Assembly (NCBI RefSeq): GCF_006345805.1 | Contig: NC_043010.1 | Span: 38,936,001-39,000,000, forward strand | DNA length: 64,000 nucleotides | From: Octopus sinensis | Lineage: Eukaryota | Direction of reading: 5' to 3' | Shown: positions 12,788 through 25,728 of the stretch, piece after piece | Layout of the letters: each line of letters opens with the position of its first letter | Numbering within the stretch: position 1 is the first letter of the stretch | Notes under the pieces: generated by a model | Database searches by the model: none | What the model saw: only the letters and a program-made list of their open reading frames with translations | Told to the model about the DNA's origin: nothing | Program-made: the position numbers and the translations under genes

Positions 12788-14396
12788 GTTCTATCTCGTA
12801 TCTAATTCAAAGATTATAATGATATTAATCTTTCTGGTAACTTTTTCTTTCGCTGTTTATTTCTAACCAGCTTTTCGTTTATCGCCGGGTTAAATATCTT
12901 AAAGCTTACTTGAATATAATTATTGAGTCCATATGTCAGTGGGGTCGCATATGCTTTGACATTGTCAGCCACGGCTTCCAAATTTTATAAACAATAATAA
13001 TTTAATGATATGGTACATCACCACACGTTTTGGTGAGAGTGCTGTAACCATCCAACGATATATTACTGAATATTTATTGTATAGATACCTCATGGAGGTA
13101 TATGAAAGGTAGAGTTCATTTCCAGTATGATCTGAACCTAAAGTATTAATGAGAGGTTGCTAAAAGCAACAAGAATATTTAATTTTTCTGTCTCGGTCAC
13201 AAAATCTTCCTGCTATCCACCACTCTGTTTATGTTTTGAAAGAATAATGGTGTGATTAACAAGATAAATGCAATCAACCGAAAAAATATAAAAACGAAAA
13301 ACAAAACGCAGACGTCAACAGCAACAACATCAAAAGCAAATGTTTAAAAATCAGACAAAAATCTCGAACAAAATGAAAGAAAAAAAGGGGAAAAATAGTA
13401 AAATTATTCGGAAAAAATGTTTTCATAACAACACAAACCTATCAAACAAAAATATCTTGAAAAAATTTCCAAGCTGAGATACGTGAGACAATAAACAATT
13501 AAAGCTGAAGCAAACATTAGAAAAAGTCTAAAAGGTTTCTTATTGGTTAACTAGATCTGACAATGATTTATTTGATTAAAAAAAATATTAGTAGTTATTT
13601 GTTATTTGTTATAAACAATTTTTATCTTTAATTAGACGTTCAAGTATCAGAAATATCGGTTTTCCTCTCCTCTTAATGTATGATAGTGTTTATGTTGTTG
13701 AAGGGGAAATTGAATAAATATAAAGAAAAATTAACGATGATGAGGAGGATAATGACAACAACAATGGCGATGAGATGATAAAAAATACGATTTGTTACAT
13801 GGCGTTACACTTATTTTTTTTCTTTTTGGAAGGAAACATTTAATTATACCATTCGCAATAATTAATTGGTGCCAATTGGTACTATTGGGGCCTATGTAAT
13901 TGACTGATAAATTAGATATCGGTGGGATTTATCCCACAACAATTTTGCTAAAATACTCTATATGAATAATTGACAGAGTCACTCGAACTGCCAGGGATTG
14001 CAACTGCCATTGTCTAAAATTAAGTTAATCATTCAAAATTTGGAAGGGCATTTAAAAATAATGTAGTTCTAAATAAACTACTTTTAGAAAGAGAACCTTG
14101 GACGGGATAGCCACGTGATAGCCACGTGATAGCCACAGGATAGAATGTTTGATGTTCCATGACTGTATTGATGACCCATGACTGTATTATGGATAAATAA
14201 CAGCAAGAGCAACACAGCAAGAACAACGCGATCACTAACACTAACAAAATTAGCAACAATACCAGCATCGCCAGTAATAAGAAACAAATGAAAGAATAAC
14301 AAAAAAAAAAAAGATTAAAATCACCCGCAGCACCGTCAACAGCTTCAAACAACAAAGAGAAACAGCAACACCAGCATCAATGTAGGCAACCGAACT

Positions 14397-14781
14397 TTGG
14401 AAGCACTCCGTCGGTTACGACGATGAGGGTTCCGGTTGATCCGAATCAACGGAACAGCCTACTCGTGAAATTAATGTGTAAGTGGCTGAGCACTCCACAG
14501 ACACGTGTACCCTTAACGTAGTTCTCGGGGATATTCAACGTGACACAGAGAGTGACAAGGCCGGCCCTTCGAAATACAGGTACAACAGAAACAGGAAGTA
14601 AGAGTGAGAGAAAGTTGTGGTGAAAGAGTACAGCAGGGATCACTACCATCCCTGCCGGAGCCTCGTGGAGCTTTAGATGTTTTCGCTCAATAAACACTCA
14701 CAACGCCCGGTCTGGGAATCGAAACCGCGATCCTACGACCGCGAGTCCGCTGCCCTAACCACTGGGCCATTGCGCCTCCAC
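14397..14781 (-). mobile_element. tRNA-derived SINE (head A + tail 1) with 13-bp target-site duplication
   Basis: AGGCAACCGAACT at 14384-14396 and 14782-14794; body near-identical to 31348-31732. Confidence 0.9.
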
Positions 14782-14846
14782 AGGCAACCGAACTATAATG
14801 ACAATAAACAGAATTTCAAAGAAATTTTGTTGTGCAAAAAAGATCG

Positions 14847-15470
14847 CTGGAGTCGGAGAAATGTAAGATTTTGTGGAACTTTTCTATTCAAACGGACAAG
14901 AAATTAGAAAACGATCGACTAGAAATAACGACAATGTGAATTGTTGAGAAGAATAGTGGTATGAGCACTTGGGTATGCGAAAGTACTTGGGAATACTGGA
15001 GTCGGAGAAATGTAAGATTTTGTGGAACTTTTCTATTCAAACGGACAAGAAATTAGAAAATGATCGACTAGAAATAACGACTATAGACAAGGGAAACAGA
15101 AGTCGTTTACTTACCGACCCATCAAGCCCGTTTGATTCAAGGATCGCAAAGAAAGAGGAAGAAAGAATATACAATCCTTTAAAGTTTGGAGCATACCAAC
15201 AGTAAAGGTCGTACCTATGGTAATTGGTGCGTTGAGAGCAGTAAGCCAAGATATAGACATATGACTGGAGGAGATTGTAATAAGATGCCCGGTAGAGCTC
15301 CTACAGAAAGTTTGTCTCTTAGAGACAGCAAGAATTATCAAGAGAATTCTTAGCACTTGAAAGACTTCTGAAAACTTGTGCGTACCGAAGGTTACAAGTA
15401 GTAACCCTCTATTCACATAATTCTTACCAGGATTAAGACCGAACCTGTGCCAAACCAAAATAATAATAAT
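14847..15470 (+). mobile_element. 3' end of an R4/Dong/NeSL-type non-LTR element (restriction-like endonuclease domain, 3'UTR, (TAA)n tail)
   Basis: KCKILWNFSIQTDKKLENDRLEITTIDK..DPSSPFDSRIAKKEEE..VKVVPMVIGALRAV..LLQKVCLLETARIIKRIL matches the RLE PD..D motif region. Confidence 0.8.
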
Positions 15471-15686
15471 CCTTTCTGTTAAAGCACAAGGCCTGAATCT
15501 TTGGGGGAGGGGATTAACCATATACATCAACCCCCAGTGTTTAACTGGTATTTCATTCATCGACCCCGAAAGGATGAAATACAAAGTCGATCTCCGCGGG
15601 ACTTGACCTCAGAAACGTGAAGACCGACAAAATACAGCTAAGCATCTAACCTAGCGTGCTAACATTTCTGCCACCTTGCCACCTTT
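15471..15686 (-). mobile_element. tRNA-derived SINE family C (adjacent second copy ~15725-15910)
   Basis: Shares the TCGACCCCGAAAGGATGAAA..AAAGTCGA..GAACTCAGAAC block with 53701-53923. Confidence 0.7.
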
Positions 15687-15918
15687 GATAATAATAATAA
15701 TAATAAAAATAATAATAATAATATTCCTTCCTAATCTATGCACAAGGCCCGATTTTTTTGGCGTGGGGTGGGGGTCGTCGATTAGATCGACCCCTGTACA
15801 CAACTGGTGCTTAATTTATCCCTGAAAGGATAAAAGGCAAAGTCGGATTTTGAACTCAGAACGTGAAGACGGACGAAATATGCCTGGCGTGCAAACGATT
15901 CTCCTAGCTTGATAATAA

Positions 15919-16004
<86 letters not shown>

Positions 16005-16020
16005 ATAATAATAATAATAA

Positions 16021-16576
16021 ATGCCCTCATGCAGTACCAGGCAGTGGCTCTCATGGCTTCTGATCTTAAATGATTGGAAGTGTTATCATGTACATTGTTT
16101 TGTCTTGGTATAAAAGATGGGCTACAGCAAATATTCTGCTCAATACCACAGATTTGCTTGTCAGTTGTTTGACCTTAACCAGTTGAGCATGTCCTTTAGT
16201 GGCTGACGATATGTGCATCTCTGATCACGAACAGAAGTAGTGGGGGAGCATCATAGCCATGTGTTGAGAGGGATTCTTTGGGGTTTCAATGATTCACCTC
16301 TGGAAACATGGGTGTTTCATTCAACATCCTTAAACAACCCTTATTCAGGGACCTTTTGAGCGGGATGGGTTACTCGATCTGAAGAAAATTCTAACTGGGC
16401 CCCACCTGCAAGGTCATGTGCTGTTTATCTTGATATGAGATCACCATGTCGCGCACATATGGTTGTGATGCATGTGCCTGGTGTACCCTTATCAGACGGG
16501 TAGTCATGATGGGTATACTGGGCTTCGTATATTTTACCCCAGTGTCACTTTGATGGCATGCTCTGCTCGCTCACTC

Positions 16577-16578
<2 letters not shown>
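16021..16578 (+). mobile_element. ~560-bp non-coding interspersed element embedded in (TAA)n
   Basis: A full-length colinear copy at 30726-31286 has the same 5' (ATGCCCT) and 3' (CACTCAA-TAA) ends; TAA repeats flank both sides of both copies. Confidence 0.8.
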
Positions 16579-16614
<36 letters not shown>

Positions 16615-17109
16615 TAATAATAATAATAGTAATAATGGTAACATATAATGTATAGAAAAATCAAACACTACTCTAAGAGTGAGTAACATCAAAGAGATAT
16701 CTATAAAAAGTTAAATCCAGTGCAGTTACACGTCGTCACGTGGACAGCCAATAACTTACTAACTTAAACTACGCCTACACGAAGAAAATGAAGCTACCAT
16801 GAAACCCCTCCAAGAAATATAGTAATACTGTTATCTGACCGAAAATTTCAATTTCAAAAGAAAAAAAAGTAGTTTTATAAAACAGCGTATACTCACGTAT
16901 AATCTTTAGTATAAATAATATATTAGTTATTTAAATAGAGAACAAAAAAGTCATTAATTCGATTGTTGAAATTAGAAGACATACGTCGGTGACTTGGATC
17001 CATGTTTTGAGCCGGAAGAAATATAGATACTATTTGAACATATCTTCGTATTTATCTATCAATTAATTGTCTTTGTCAAATAACAAGCATGATCGTTCAC
17101 AACATATAT

Positions 17110-17158
17110 GTTTGTATGTATGTATGTATGTATGTATGTATGTATGTATGTATGTATG

Positions 17159-17189
<31 letters not shown>

Positions 17190-17290
17190 GTATGTATGTA
17201 TGTATGTATGTATGTATGTATGTATGTATATATGTATGTATGTACGTACGTACGTACGTACGTATGTATGTATGTATGTATGTATACATG
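17110..17290. repeat. (TATG)n tetranucleotide array
   Basis: Read directly. Confidence 0.95.
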
Positions 17291-17829
17291 TGTGCGCGTG
17301 TGTGTGTGTATACACGTGTGCACATACACATATCTATATATAATTCGTATATAAATATATATTATAGATATATTGATGATTGTTGGTGCGTTGTATTTGA
17401 CGCCTGGAAGCTGGAAACGGTAGGTTAAATAAATAAGTAAAAATACCAACTACAATCTAATCATATAAATATATCTAAATACATTGCATATACATATATA
17501 TTTTCTTTTATTTGGATACGCAAAATATATAAACATATATATGTATGACTGTATGTATGTATGTATGTATGTATGTATGTATGTATGTATGTATGTGCAG
17601 ATTTGTATGGTTTATGTATGTATTCTCATGCATATAGTTGCATTTCTAGACGTGCTCATATATATTTAAATGATAAACTTCTGGAAAGTTTTACAGTTCC
17701 AGTGATTGATTGGATGTGTAGTCTTCGAATTTGCTTTCTCCTTTCTAGTTTTGGGAAACTTAATTTCGCATTAGGCATTGTGTTTTATATCCCAGAGCCC
17801 TAATTATTATAGGTATAAAACTGAACTTA

Positions 17830-18545
17830 TAATGTGGTTAAACCGAAAACAAGCACACATAATTTCCACATAAACAGTAACATAGACCACATCTACCTAA
17901 AGCGAAAACAAGGCAGCAGAAGCTTAAAATCGATCCAAAATGATTTTGAATGTTGAATCATATCCCTTTAAATTCAGCCGAGATCGACTTTACCTTTCAT
18001 CCTCTCTGGGTCGATAAATGAAGTACCAGTTGCGTTCTCGGGTCGATCTAATCTTCTGGCCCACTCCTCAAAAATTTGGGGTCGTGTGCCTAGAGTAGAA
18101 AAGAATATATTTTTACTACCAAGTGTCGAAGTGGAAGCCTTGACCAAGTTTGCATACATGAGGCTGATAACACTGGATGGCAGCTTCTGAGCAATACTCT
18201 TTGATAACCTAGAATACATGCCCAAAGAAGTTGCACGACTCTACCGCAATGTATCATCAGATGAAAGGATGAGCCTATAAGAGCATAATACTATGCATGG
18301 ATATGTTAGTAGAAAGCTCTGAGACGATAGTAACATCATCTCAATTCATTATGGACCAATAACCGGATTACTACCTCCCACTCTGAAGTGTATCCGTTTG
18401 CAATCTAGGAACAAGAAATATCAACCAAGTACCTGATGCATAAAAGGGACAGAGATGCAGGAAAAGCAGTAAAATGTGACAACTGATGCAGAATTTGTGG
18501 GGCTTCAAACTGAAGATATCACCCATATCATAAGCCTATTATATA
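17830..18545 (+). mobile_element. R4/Dong-like LINE C-terminal remnant, interrupted by a family C SINE (~17976-18110)
   Basis: NFHINSNIDHIYLKRKQGSRSLKSIQNDFEC aligns with NFDRNSDIDRLCLRRNESDRGLRSVQTAFEC at 63547-63945. A CRICG..EDITHII zinc knuckle follows. Confidence 0.7.
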
Positions 18546-19169
18546 TAACTTTGTATGAACATTGATACATGTAGATATGGATAGACAAGTACTGGTGTTA
18601 TCTGTAAATACGAAAATGCCTAAGAGTGGATACTATAAAGATTGCACAGCATTATAGCTGTTTCAGTGGGAAAATATTTCCGTTGAACACATTGGTTTTC
18701 ATTGAACGAACTCACGCACAGAAGCAAACATTCACACGGACATACTCATGCGGACATACACACAGATTTGCAAACAGTCACAGCACACGACACATTGTAA
18801 TTTGGATTAAGTGTAAGAGAATCATTTAAGCTGCAGAGGTGAAATCGGTGTGAAAACAGCTTATTGGTTTCTGAAGTAAAGTGAAAAATGATTAGAACAT
18901 TTCTTACCGATTCGTTTCGGAATAGTTGCACGGCTTCATAAATGAAGTGTTATTATACTGTCAGAATTATGAACCAACATAAATATACATACGTGGTCTG
19001 ATCAATAAGTGTTCGGACTGTTGCTATAGTAACGAAGCTATAGCACACAGAGTGAAGCCGTTTGGCATCACAGACTGACCTTGAGCTGTGCTGTGTATGC
19101 GCACTATGTTTTAATGTTCTAGCTCACTTCCGCGGCTTCGTTACTATGACACAGTACATGCATACATAC

Positions 19170-19216
<47 letters not shown>

Positions 19217-19248
19217 ATATTAATATATATATTATATATATATATATA

Positions 19249-19287
<39 letters not shown>

Positions 19288-19374
19288 TATTAGAGACAGA
19301 ACCACTATTTTGCAAAACAAACAAGGAAAGACTTAATCAATACATAAGATTTTAATAAATAGTCAAAAAAACCG

Positions 19375-19417
19375 CCACTACAATTGTTTCTTGTCTTGAT
19401 CGACAATCTTCAGGTGG
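19375..19417 (-). ncRNA. Intact minimal type-I hammerhead ribozyme (left arm)
   Basis: Minus strand CCAC-CTGAAGA-TTGTC gatcaa GACAA-GAAAC AATT GTA-GTGG; predicted cleavage between 19379 and 19378. Confidence 0.85.
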
Positions 19418-19473
19418 ACTTCCAATAAGTCAGTTTCAAATTATGTATAATTTGAAACTGACTTATTGAAAGT

Positions 19474-19516
19474 CCACCTGAAGATTGTCGATCAAGACAA
19501 GAAACAATTGTAGTGG
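19474..19516 (+). ncRNA. Intact minimal type-I hammerhead ribozyme (right arm)
   Basis: CCAC-CTGAAGA-TTGTC gatcaa GACAA-GAAAC AATT GTA-GTGG. Full CUGANGA/GAAA/NUH core; predicted cleavage after 19512. Confidence 0.85.
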
Positions 19517-19688
19517 CGGTTTTTTTTGACTATTTATTAAAATTTTAGGTATTTATTAAGTCTTTCCTTGTTTGTTTTGCAAAATAGTGGTTTTGTCTCT
19601 AATAATATTTATAATATTTTACTATAAAATTGGATTTAATCCTAAATCTGATTTTTTCCCTGTAAATTTGGATTTATTCCCTAATATT

Positions 19689-19789
<101 letters not shown>

Positions 19790-19916
19790 ATATATATATA
19801 TATAATATATATATATATGTGTGTGTATATATATATATATATATATACATGTATAGCTATATAAATGTATACACATACATACATACATACGTACATACAT
19901 ACATACATACATATAT

Positions 19917-19949
<33 letters not shown>

Positions 19950-20348
19950 CGTATGTATATTGAGATCGGGTTAGATTTTTATACATGTACAGTATACACT
20001 TTCTGTTTAAAGAATACAATTTTTTTTTAACATAACGAACAACTAGATATTTTCCAATATGAAATAACGTAACAAATTTTTTTTCACATTGCAAATGTGT
20101 ACGTATGATAATCTTCCTGACAATATATTAGTCTGGCATACATACCGCGCACACAAACGAAAAATAAATATAGGGAGGAGACAAAATATCTCCTGTCACT
20201 TTGGTTTTCGCATGAGAAACGCTTTAGTAAATATATTTAGTGCATACATTTATGTGTATGCTTCAGCGCGACATATTCTTAATTCAAGGGAAAATCCTAG
20301 TGTACTTGTATATACACACATACATACATACATACATACATACATACA

Positions 20349-20411
<63 letters not shown>

Positions 20412-20436
20412 GTGGGTGGGTGTGTTTGCGTGTTTT

Positions 20437-20575
20437 CGAGGGGGTACTGGAAAGTTCCTGTCTTTAAGGGTGCCGCGAAAGGTCTCGCTGGATGTCTAAA
20501 CCTCGGTGTTCTTTTACAGGGCTTGAAAAACTGAAGGACCCTTGCAATATGTGAGTGAATCTGAGAGGAGAATAT
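20437..20575 (+). mobile_element. Mariner-derived short element
   Basis: CGAGGGGGTACTGGAAAGTTCC TIR-like start; GLEKLKDPCNM*VNLRGE resembles the mariner C-terminus. Confidence 0.35.
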
Positions 20576-20743
20576 ACTCTTTTACTCTTTAACTTGTTTC
20601 AGTCATTTGACTATGGCCATGTTGGAACACCGCCTTACTCGAGCAAATCGACCCCAGGACTTATTCTTTGTAAGCCCAGTACATATTCTATCGGACTTTT
20701 TTAACCGAACCGCTAGGTTACGGGGACGTAATCACACCAGCAT
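20575..20743 (-). mobile_element. SINE family B 3' half
   Basis: Reverse complement of the tail seen at 37660-37837. Confidence 0.75.
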
Positions 20744-20913
20744 CTGAAGTAGAGGTAGGCTGGATTGTAGCCACACTTCTATGCAAGAGGGAGGACAAGA
20801 TACAACTGATCGAAATTACAAGAGACGGGCTAACAAGTCCAGTCTGTTATATAATTTGAGTATTGTTATCACTAGCGATATCAAGATATAACTTTGTATT
20901 TTGTATTTTATGT

Positions 20914-23012
20914 GATTGATTGATTGATTGATTCTAGTTTCAGCTTATGAGCTGTGGCCATGCTGGGGCACCGCCATTTGGCGTTGCTACTTGGTTTCAC
21001 TTCATGGAGGCTTTCTAGCAACTGCTATTTGGTGCATGAGAGAGTTCGATGCAGCTGCCCTCATCTGCCCCTCCTGCTGTGAAGTTGGTTCATCTGGGAC
21101 ACCTGACAGGAAGAGATCCAGCTTCATTTTAAAGACATCTGTATCCACCCCATGCAGGTCTCTCAGGTTCTTCGGGAGGATATTGAAGAGCTGTGGGCCT
21201 CGGAAGCCCAGGCTATCACAGAATCTTGTCCTACATCTTGATGGCAGGTTTGGAGTCCTAGGCACCACGCAGTGGCGCCCAGTTCTGGCATTTGCGTAAC
21301 TCTCGATGCCAAAGTTCAGGACACTTCCCTCCAGGATCTTCCAGATGTATATTATGGCATATCTTCCCGCCTACGCTCCAGGGAATATAATTTTAATCTC
21401 TTGAGTCTTTCCCAGTAGCTTACATTCTGCATAGAGGCTATCTTCTTTGTGTAGCTTCGTTGGATCGCCTCAAGTTCTGTGATCAACTTGACACTGGATG
21501 GTGACCATAGCTGAGAGCAATAGTCAAAGTGGCTTCGGACAAGTGTCTTCCAGAGGACCATCATGGTTTCTTGTTCTCTTGTTCTAAAGGTTCTAAGAAT
21601 CCATCCAGCCAGCCGTCTACATTTCATTGTCAGTTTAGCAACATGTACATGAAAGGTCGCGTCATCACTCATGTGAATACCCAGGTCACGCACTGATTGT
21701 TCCTCTGGGATTGCAATCCCTCCGGGTCCAGTGTATTCATTGGGTATTGCATTCAGTTTTGCATGCTGATAGTATAAGCTTGAAACTTTCCAGCATTGAA
21801 CTGCATGCTATTCTTTTCAGCCCACTTGTATATTTCGTCAGCTCACATTGCAGGTGTTTAGTGTCCTCAGGGTTCTGTATTGCCTGTGAAACTTTTGTAT
21901 CATCTGCATAACTTGTGATCGTGGCTCTCTGCGTGGCTGAGGGCATGTCTGAGAGGGCCATTATGAACAGTAGTGGTCCCAGAACAGTGCCCTGCGGAAC
22001 ACCGCTCACTATTTGTGTGTTAATGGAGGTGGCCCCATTGGCTACTACCACCTGACTTCTATCCTTCAGAAAGTCATGAAGCCATTCTCCCAGTTTTCCA
22101 ACTATGTTGAGATCACGCAGTTTGTGACATATCATTCCATGATCGACTTTATCAAAGGCCTTTGCAAAGTCGAGATATATCACTTCCACATTTGAGTGGT
22201 TGAGCAGCCGTTTCAGCACCCAGTCATAGTGTTGTAGGAGCTTGTTAAACAGCTTCACCCTGGTCGGAAACCATGTTGGGTGTCGGGCAGCAAGTCATTC
22301 TCTTCAAGGAAGGTGATCAGCTTCCTTCTGACTATTCGTTCCATGACCTTGCTGATGTGTGAGGTCAGAGAGATAGGTCTATAGTTTTCTTGGCTTCCGC
22401 TCTGCTACCTCCTTTATGAATGGGGCATATTTTACCTTCCTTCAGTTTTCCTGGAAGTTTGCCAGCTGCAAGGAAGCTCTGAAAGAGGAACTGCAGTGGT
22501 CTTGCTAGGGCTCTCTTACATGCTTTTAGGAGGATTGCCGGGAATCCATCGGGGCCAGTAGCTGAGTCTGTTTTCATTTCATCTATAGCCTTGGTTACAT
22601 CGTCTTCCTTTATATCGATGTAATCTATCGTCGCCGCCTCTGATTTTATATCTGCAGTGGTAAAAAAGTCAGTTGGATTGGTGATTTGGAGATGCCCAAG
22701 GGGTGGAGTGAAAACACTCTTGAATTGCTCATTCAGTATTTCACTTACCCTCATTGGTTTTCCTGTAAGTGTGCCATCCTTTTCGAGGAGTGGCCCTATT
22801 CTACAGTGCACTGTAGCTGTTTCTTTGGCATACCTGTAGAAAGCTCTGGGGTTAGATTTTATGTTTTCTATAGCCCAGGCTTCTTTGTCTGCTCTTTCTT
22901 TTTCATGGGAGAGTTGCAGACATTTTTCGATTTCCAACAGTTTTATTTTTAGGCGGGACTTTTCACTGCTTTCAATCTGTTTGTTTAGGCGATTTGAAAA
23001 TTTCGTACGCCG
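20914..23012 (-). mobile_element. 5'-truncated CR1-clade LINE (RT and C-terminal domain, frameshifted), (AATC)n tail
   Basis: ORFs 22365-23072, 21737-22258, 21352-21693 and 21002-21268 contain ATGPDGF, YLDFAKAFDKVDH, SGVPQGTVLGPLLF, YADDTK, RDLGI, DYCSQLWSP, LYSLERRR and PQLFNILP. Confidence 0.95.
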
Positions 23013-23064
23013 TCTAGATGTATATGTATAGATGTACATGTAATATGTACACATATCTACATGC

Positions 23065-23104
23065 ACTAGCACTATGACCCGGCAACGACGGGTCTTTAAT
23101 GCTA

Positions 23105-23106
<2 letters not shown>
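23065..23106. mobile_element. Helitron-like 3' terminus (GC hairpin + CTAG)
   Basis: GACCCG gcaacga CGGGTC followed 7 nt later by CTAG|T; also readable on the minus strand. Confidence 0.45.
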
Positions 23107-23148
<42 letters not shown>

Positions 23149-23357
23149 ATTTATATATATACAGTAATTCCTCGCCATATCGCGGTCCATCTATCGCGGT
23201 TTATCATTTAAGTTTACTTTGATTCCTCTATGGTGTTATTTTGCATTAACAATAAAATAAATATATGCAAATTATAAAGATAATGAAAAATATACACTAC
23301 AATACTATTTCTACTTTGCGGAATTTTACCTATTGCGGAGAGCATTGGAACGTAACA

Positions 23358-23396
<39 letters not shown>

Positions 23397-23784
23397 GTCC
23401 TTGTGAAAATTACTTAATGTTATTTTAAGTGGAAAGGAGATTTTAAACAATTAAAAAGAGCTACGAAATAATTTATCAGAATATTACTTACCTTCAGGAA
23501 GAAGTTTTTTTCATAGTATACATACAACTCATCCATATATACATGTACATGAATCATGTATAATATTAATATTTCTATAGCAAAAGTTTGAATCTATTTC
23601 AAATTTCCAGTTTTAAGAAGAATCGGGCTCGTAGCTATTAACTTGAACCATGGATTACGTCGTTAGAACTGCCAGCCATCATATATGTCACTTAACCCTC
23701 GATAAGTATAGCAGAAGTCATCCATACACGTGCACATACATGTGTACACACACAGACACATTCACAAGCAGGTATGCCTCCATA

Positions 23785-23882
<98 letters not shown>

Positions 23883-23908
23883 CATATATATATGGATATA
23901 TATATATA

Positions 23909-23943
<35 letters not shown>

Positions 23944-23953
23944 CTATATATAT

Positions 23954-24228
23954 GGAGGCGCAATGGCCTAGTGGTTAGGGCAGCGAACTCGTGGCGTTGT
24001 GTGTGTTTATTGAGCGAAAACACCTTAAAATGCTCCACGATATTCCGGTAGGGGGTGGTGATCCCTGCTGTACTCTTTCACCACAACTTTCTCTCACTCT
24101 TTCATCTGTTGGCCTGCTCGCTTAGCGAGCAGGGTGGCGACATTCGAAGGCTAAAAGAATGCGAACGCATTGTGACCAGCGATGTGTAGCAACATCTGAT
24201 GATCTGGTCGGTCACGTGATCACGTGAT
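23954..24228 (+). mobile_element. SINE head A (B-box deleted) + tail 2 ending in CACGTGAT repeats
   Basis: Head matches 3484-3838; tail matches minus-strand copies at ~27520-27660 and 61075-61170. Confidence 0.7.
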
Positions 24229-24281
24229 ATATATATATATCACGTGATCACGTGACCGACCAGACCACCAGATATATATAT

Positions 24282-24428
24282 AGGCGCAGGAGTGGGTGTG
24301 TGGTAAGTAGCTTGCTAACCAACGACATGGTTCCGGGTTCAGTCCCGCTGCTATAAGTGTCTTCTGCTATAGCCCCGGGCCCCAATGCCTTGTGAGTGGA
24401 TTTGGACGGAAACTGAAAGAAGCTTGTC

Positions 24429-24484
<56 letters not shown>

Positions 24485-24686
24485 TTGGCCCCCTAGCATT
24501 GCTTGACAACCGATGCTGGTGTGTTTACGTCCCCGTCACCTAGCGGTTCGGCAAAAAAGATCGATGGAATAAGTCCTGGGCTTACAAAGAATCAGTCCTG
24601 GGGTTGATTTGCTCCACTAAAGGCCGTGCTCCAGCATGGCCGCAGTTCAATGACTGAAACAAGTAAAAGAGTAAAAGAGTAAAAGA
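24282..24686 (+). mobile_element. SINE family B (tRNA head, internal microsatellite, CR1-like tail)
   Basis: AGGCGCAGGAGTGGGTGTGTGGTAAG..GGTTCCGGGTTCAGTCCC head; CCAGCATGGCCGCAG..(GTAAAAGA)n tail. Copies at 37475-37837 and 50231-50683. Confidence 0.85.
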
Positions 24687-24715
24687 GATATATTATATAT
24701 ATATGCATATATATA

Positions 24716-24779
<64 letters not shown>

Positions 24780-24781
24780 TA

Positions 24782-24842
<61 letters not shown>

Positions 24843-24960
24843 TATATACACATAGTAAATCCAATATAAAAAACCAGGAGCAAATACGAAAAACAACAAC
24901 AAACGGAGGACATGGTACATGTAAAGTATTAGCAGACGCTCAGGGAAGAGAAAAAAGGTG

Positions 24961-24996
24961 GTTTAAACGTTTCGAGCAAAGCATTTCTCCAGAAAC
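24961..24996 (-). ncRNA. Decayed minimal hammerhead-like motif in a Penelope-type terminal repeat
   Basis: Minus strand GTTT-CTGGAGA-aatGC ttt GCtc-GAAAC GT T t-AAAC; same repeat family as 47736-47772 and 51239-51273. Confidence 0.35.
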
Positions 24997-25064
24997 AGAC
25001 GAAAGTCAAAGTCCAATAGAAAAGAAAGATGGAGGAAGCAAATCGCCAACGATTGATATGTGGT

Positions 25065-25099
<35 letters not shown>

Positions 25100-25108
25100 T
25101 ATATATAT

Positions 25109-25169
<61 letters not shown>

Positions 25170-25692
25170 TGTATGTATGTATGTATGTACATATACATGT
25201 ATATATTCACAGACACACACATAATTCTTGAACAAGAATATTACTGACAATAATTTCGATGTTTCGTTTAGCTAAGCCATCGTCGGATGACTTTTTCACA
25301 CTGGGTCATAAAACATATATCAGCTTGAGTGGTTTATGTAATAATAACCATCTCATTAGGTTCAAATTTGAAATTGTAGCTGGGTCAATTCTGAACTTCA
25401 ACGCAATGTAATCAATAAATGATATAATACTAAAATTATGTAAGCCCATCCAGTCAAACTTTAATTTCGTTTATATATTGCTGGCCTTATGAAAATATCA
25501 AAAATGAATATTTAATAAGTGTATCAGTTACATGACAGAACAGAAAAATAACAAATGTCATAGATTGTTTTAAATATTCTTTATATTTTCCTGTAAGCCA
25601 TCCACACATACGCACACCCTACTGACACAAACATCCATACAAATAACAGTGTTTTACACATACACACTTATACTCATACACATACATACACA

Positions 25693-25728
<36 letters not shown>

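Larger units (their letters stand above)
19282..19610. repeat. Inverted repeat, ~163-bp arms, 2-nt spacer
   Basis: 19282-19444 vs 19447-19610: 5 substitutions and 1 homopolymer indel by manual comparison. Confidence 0.95.

Noticed and set aside
16021-16110. HDV-like ribozyme at the 5' end of the 560-bp element
   Set aside because: One hairpin fits P4, but I could not build P1-P3 or find the catalytic C.
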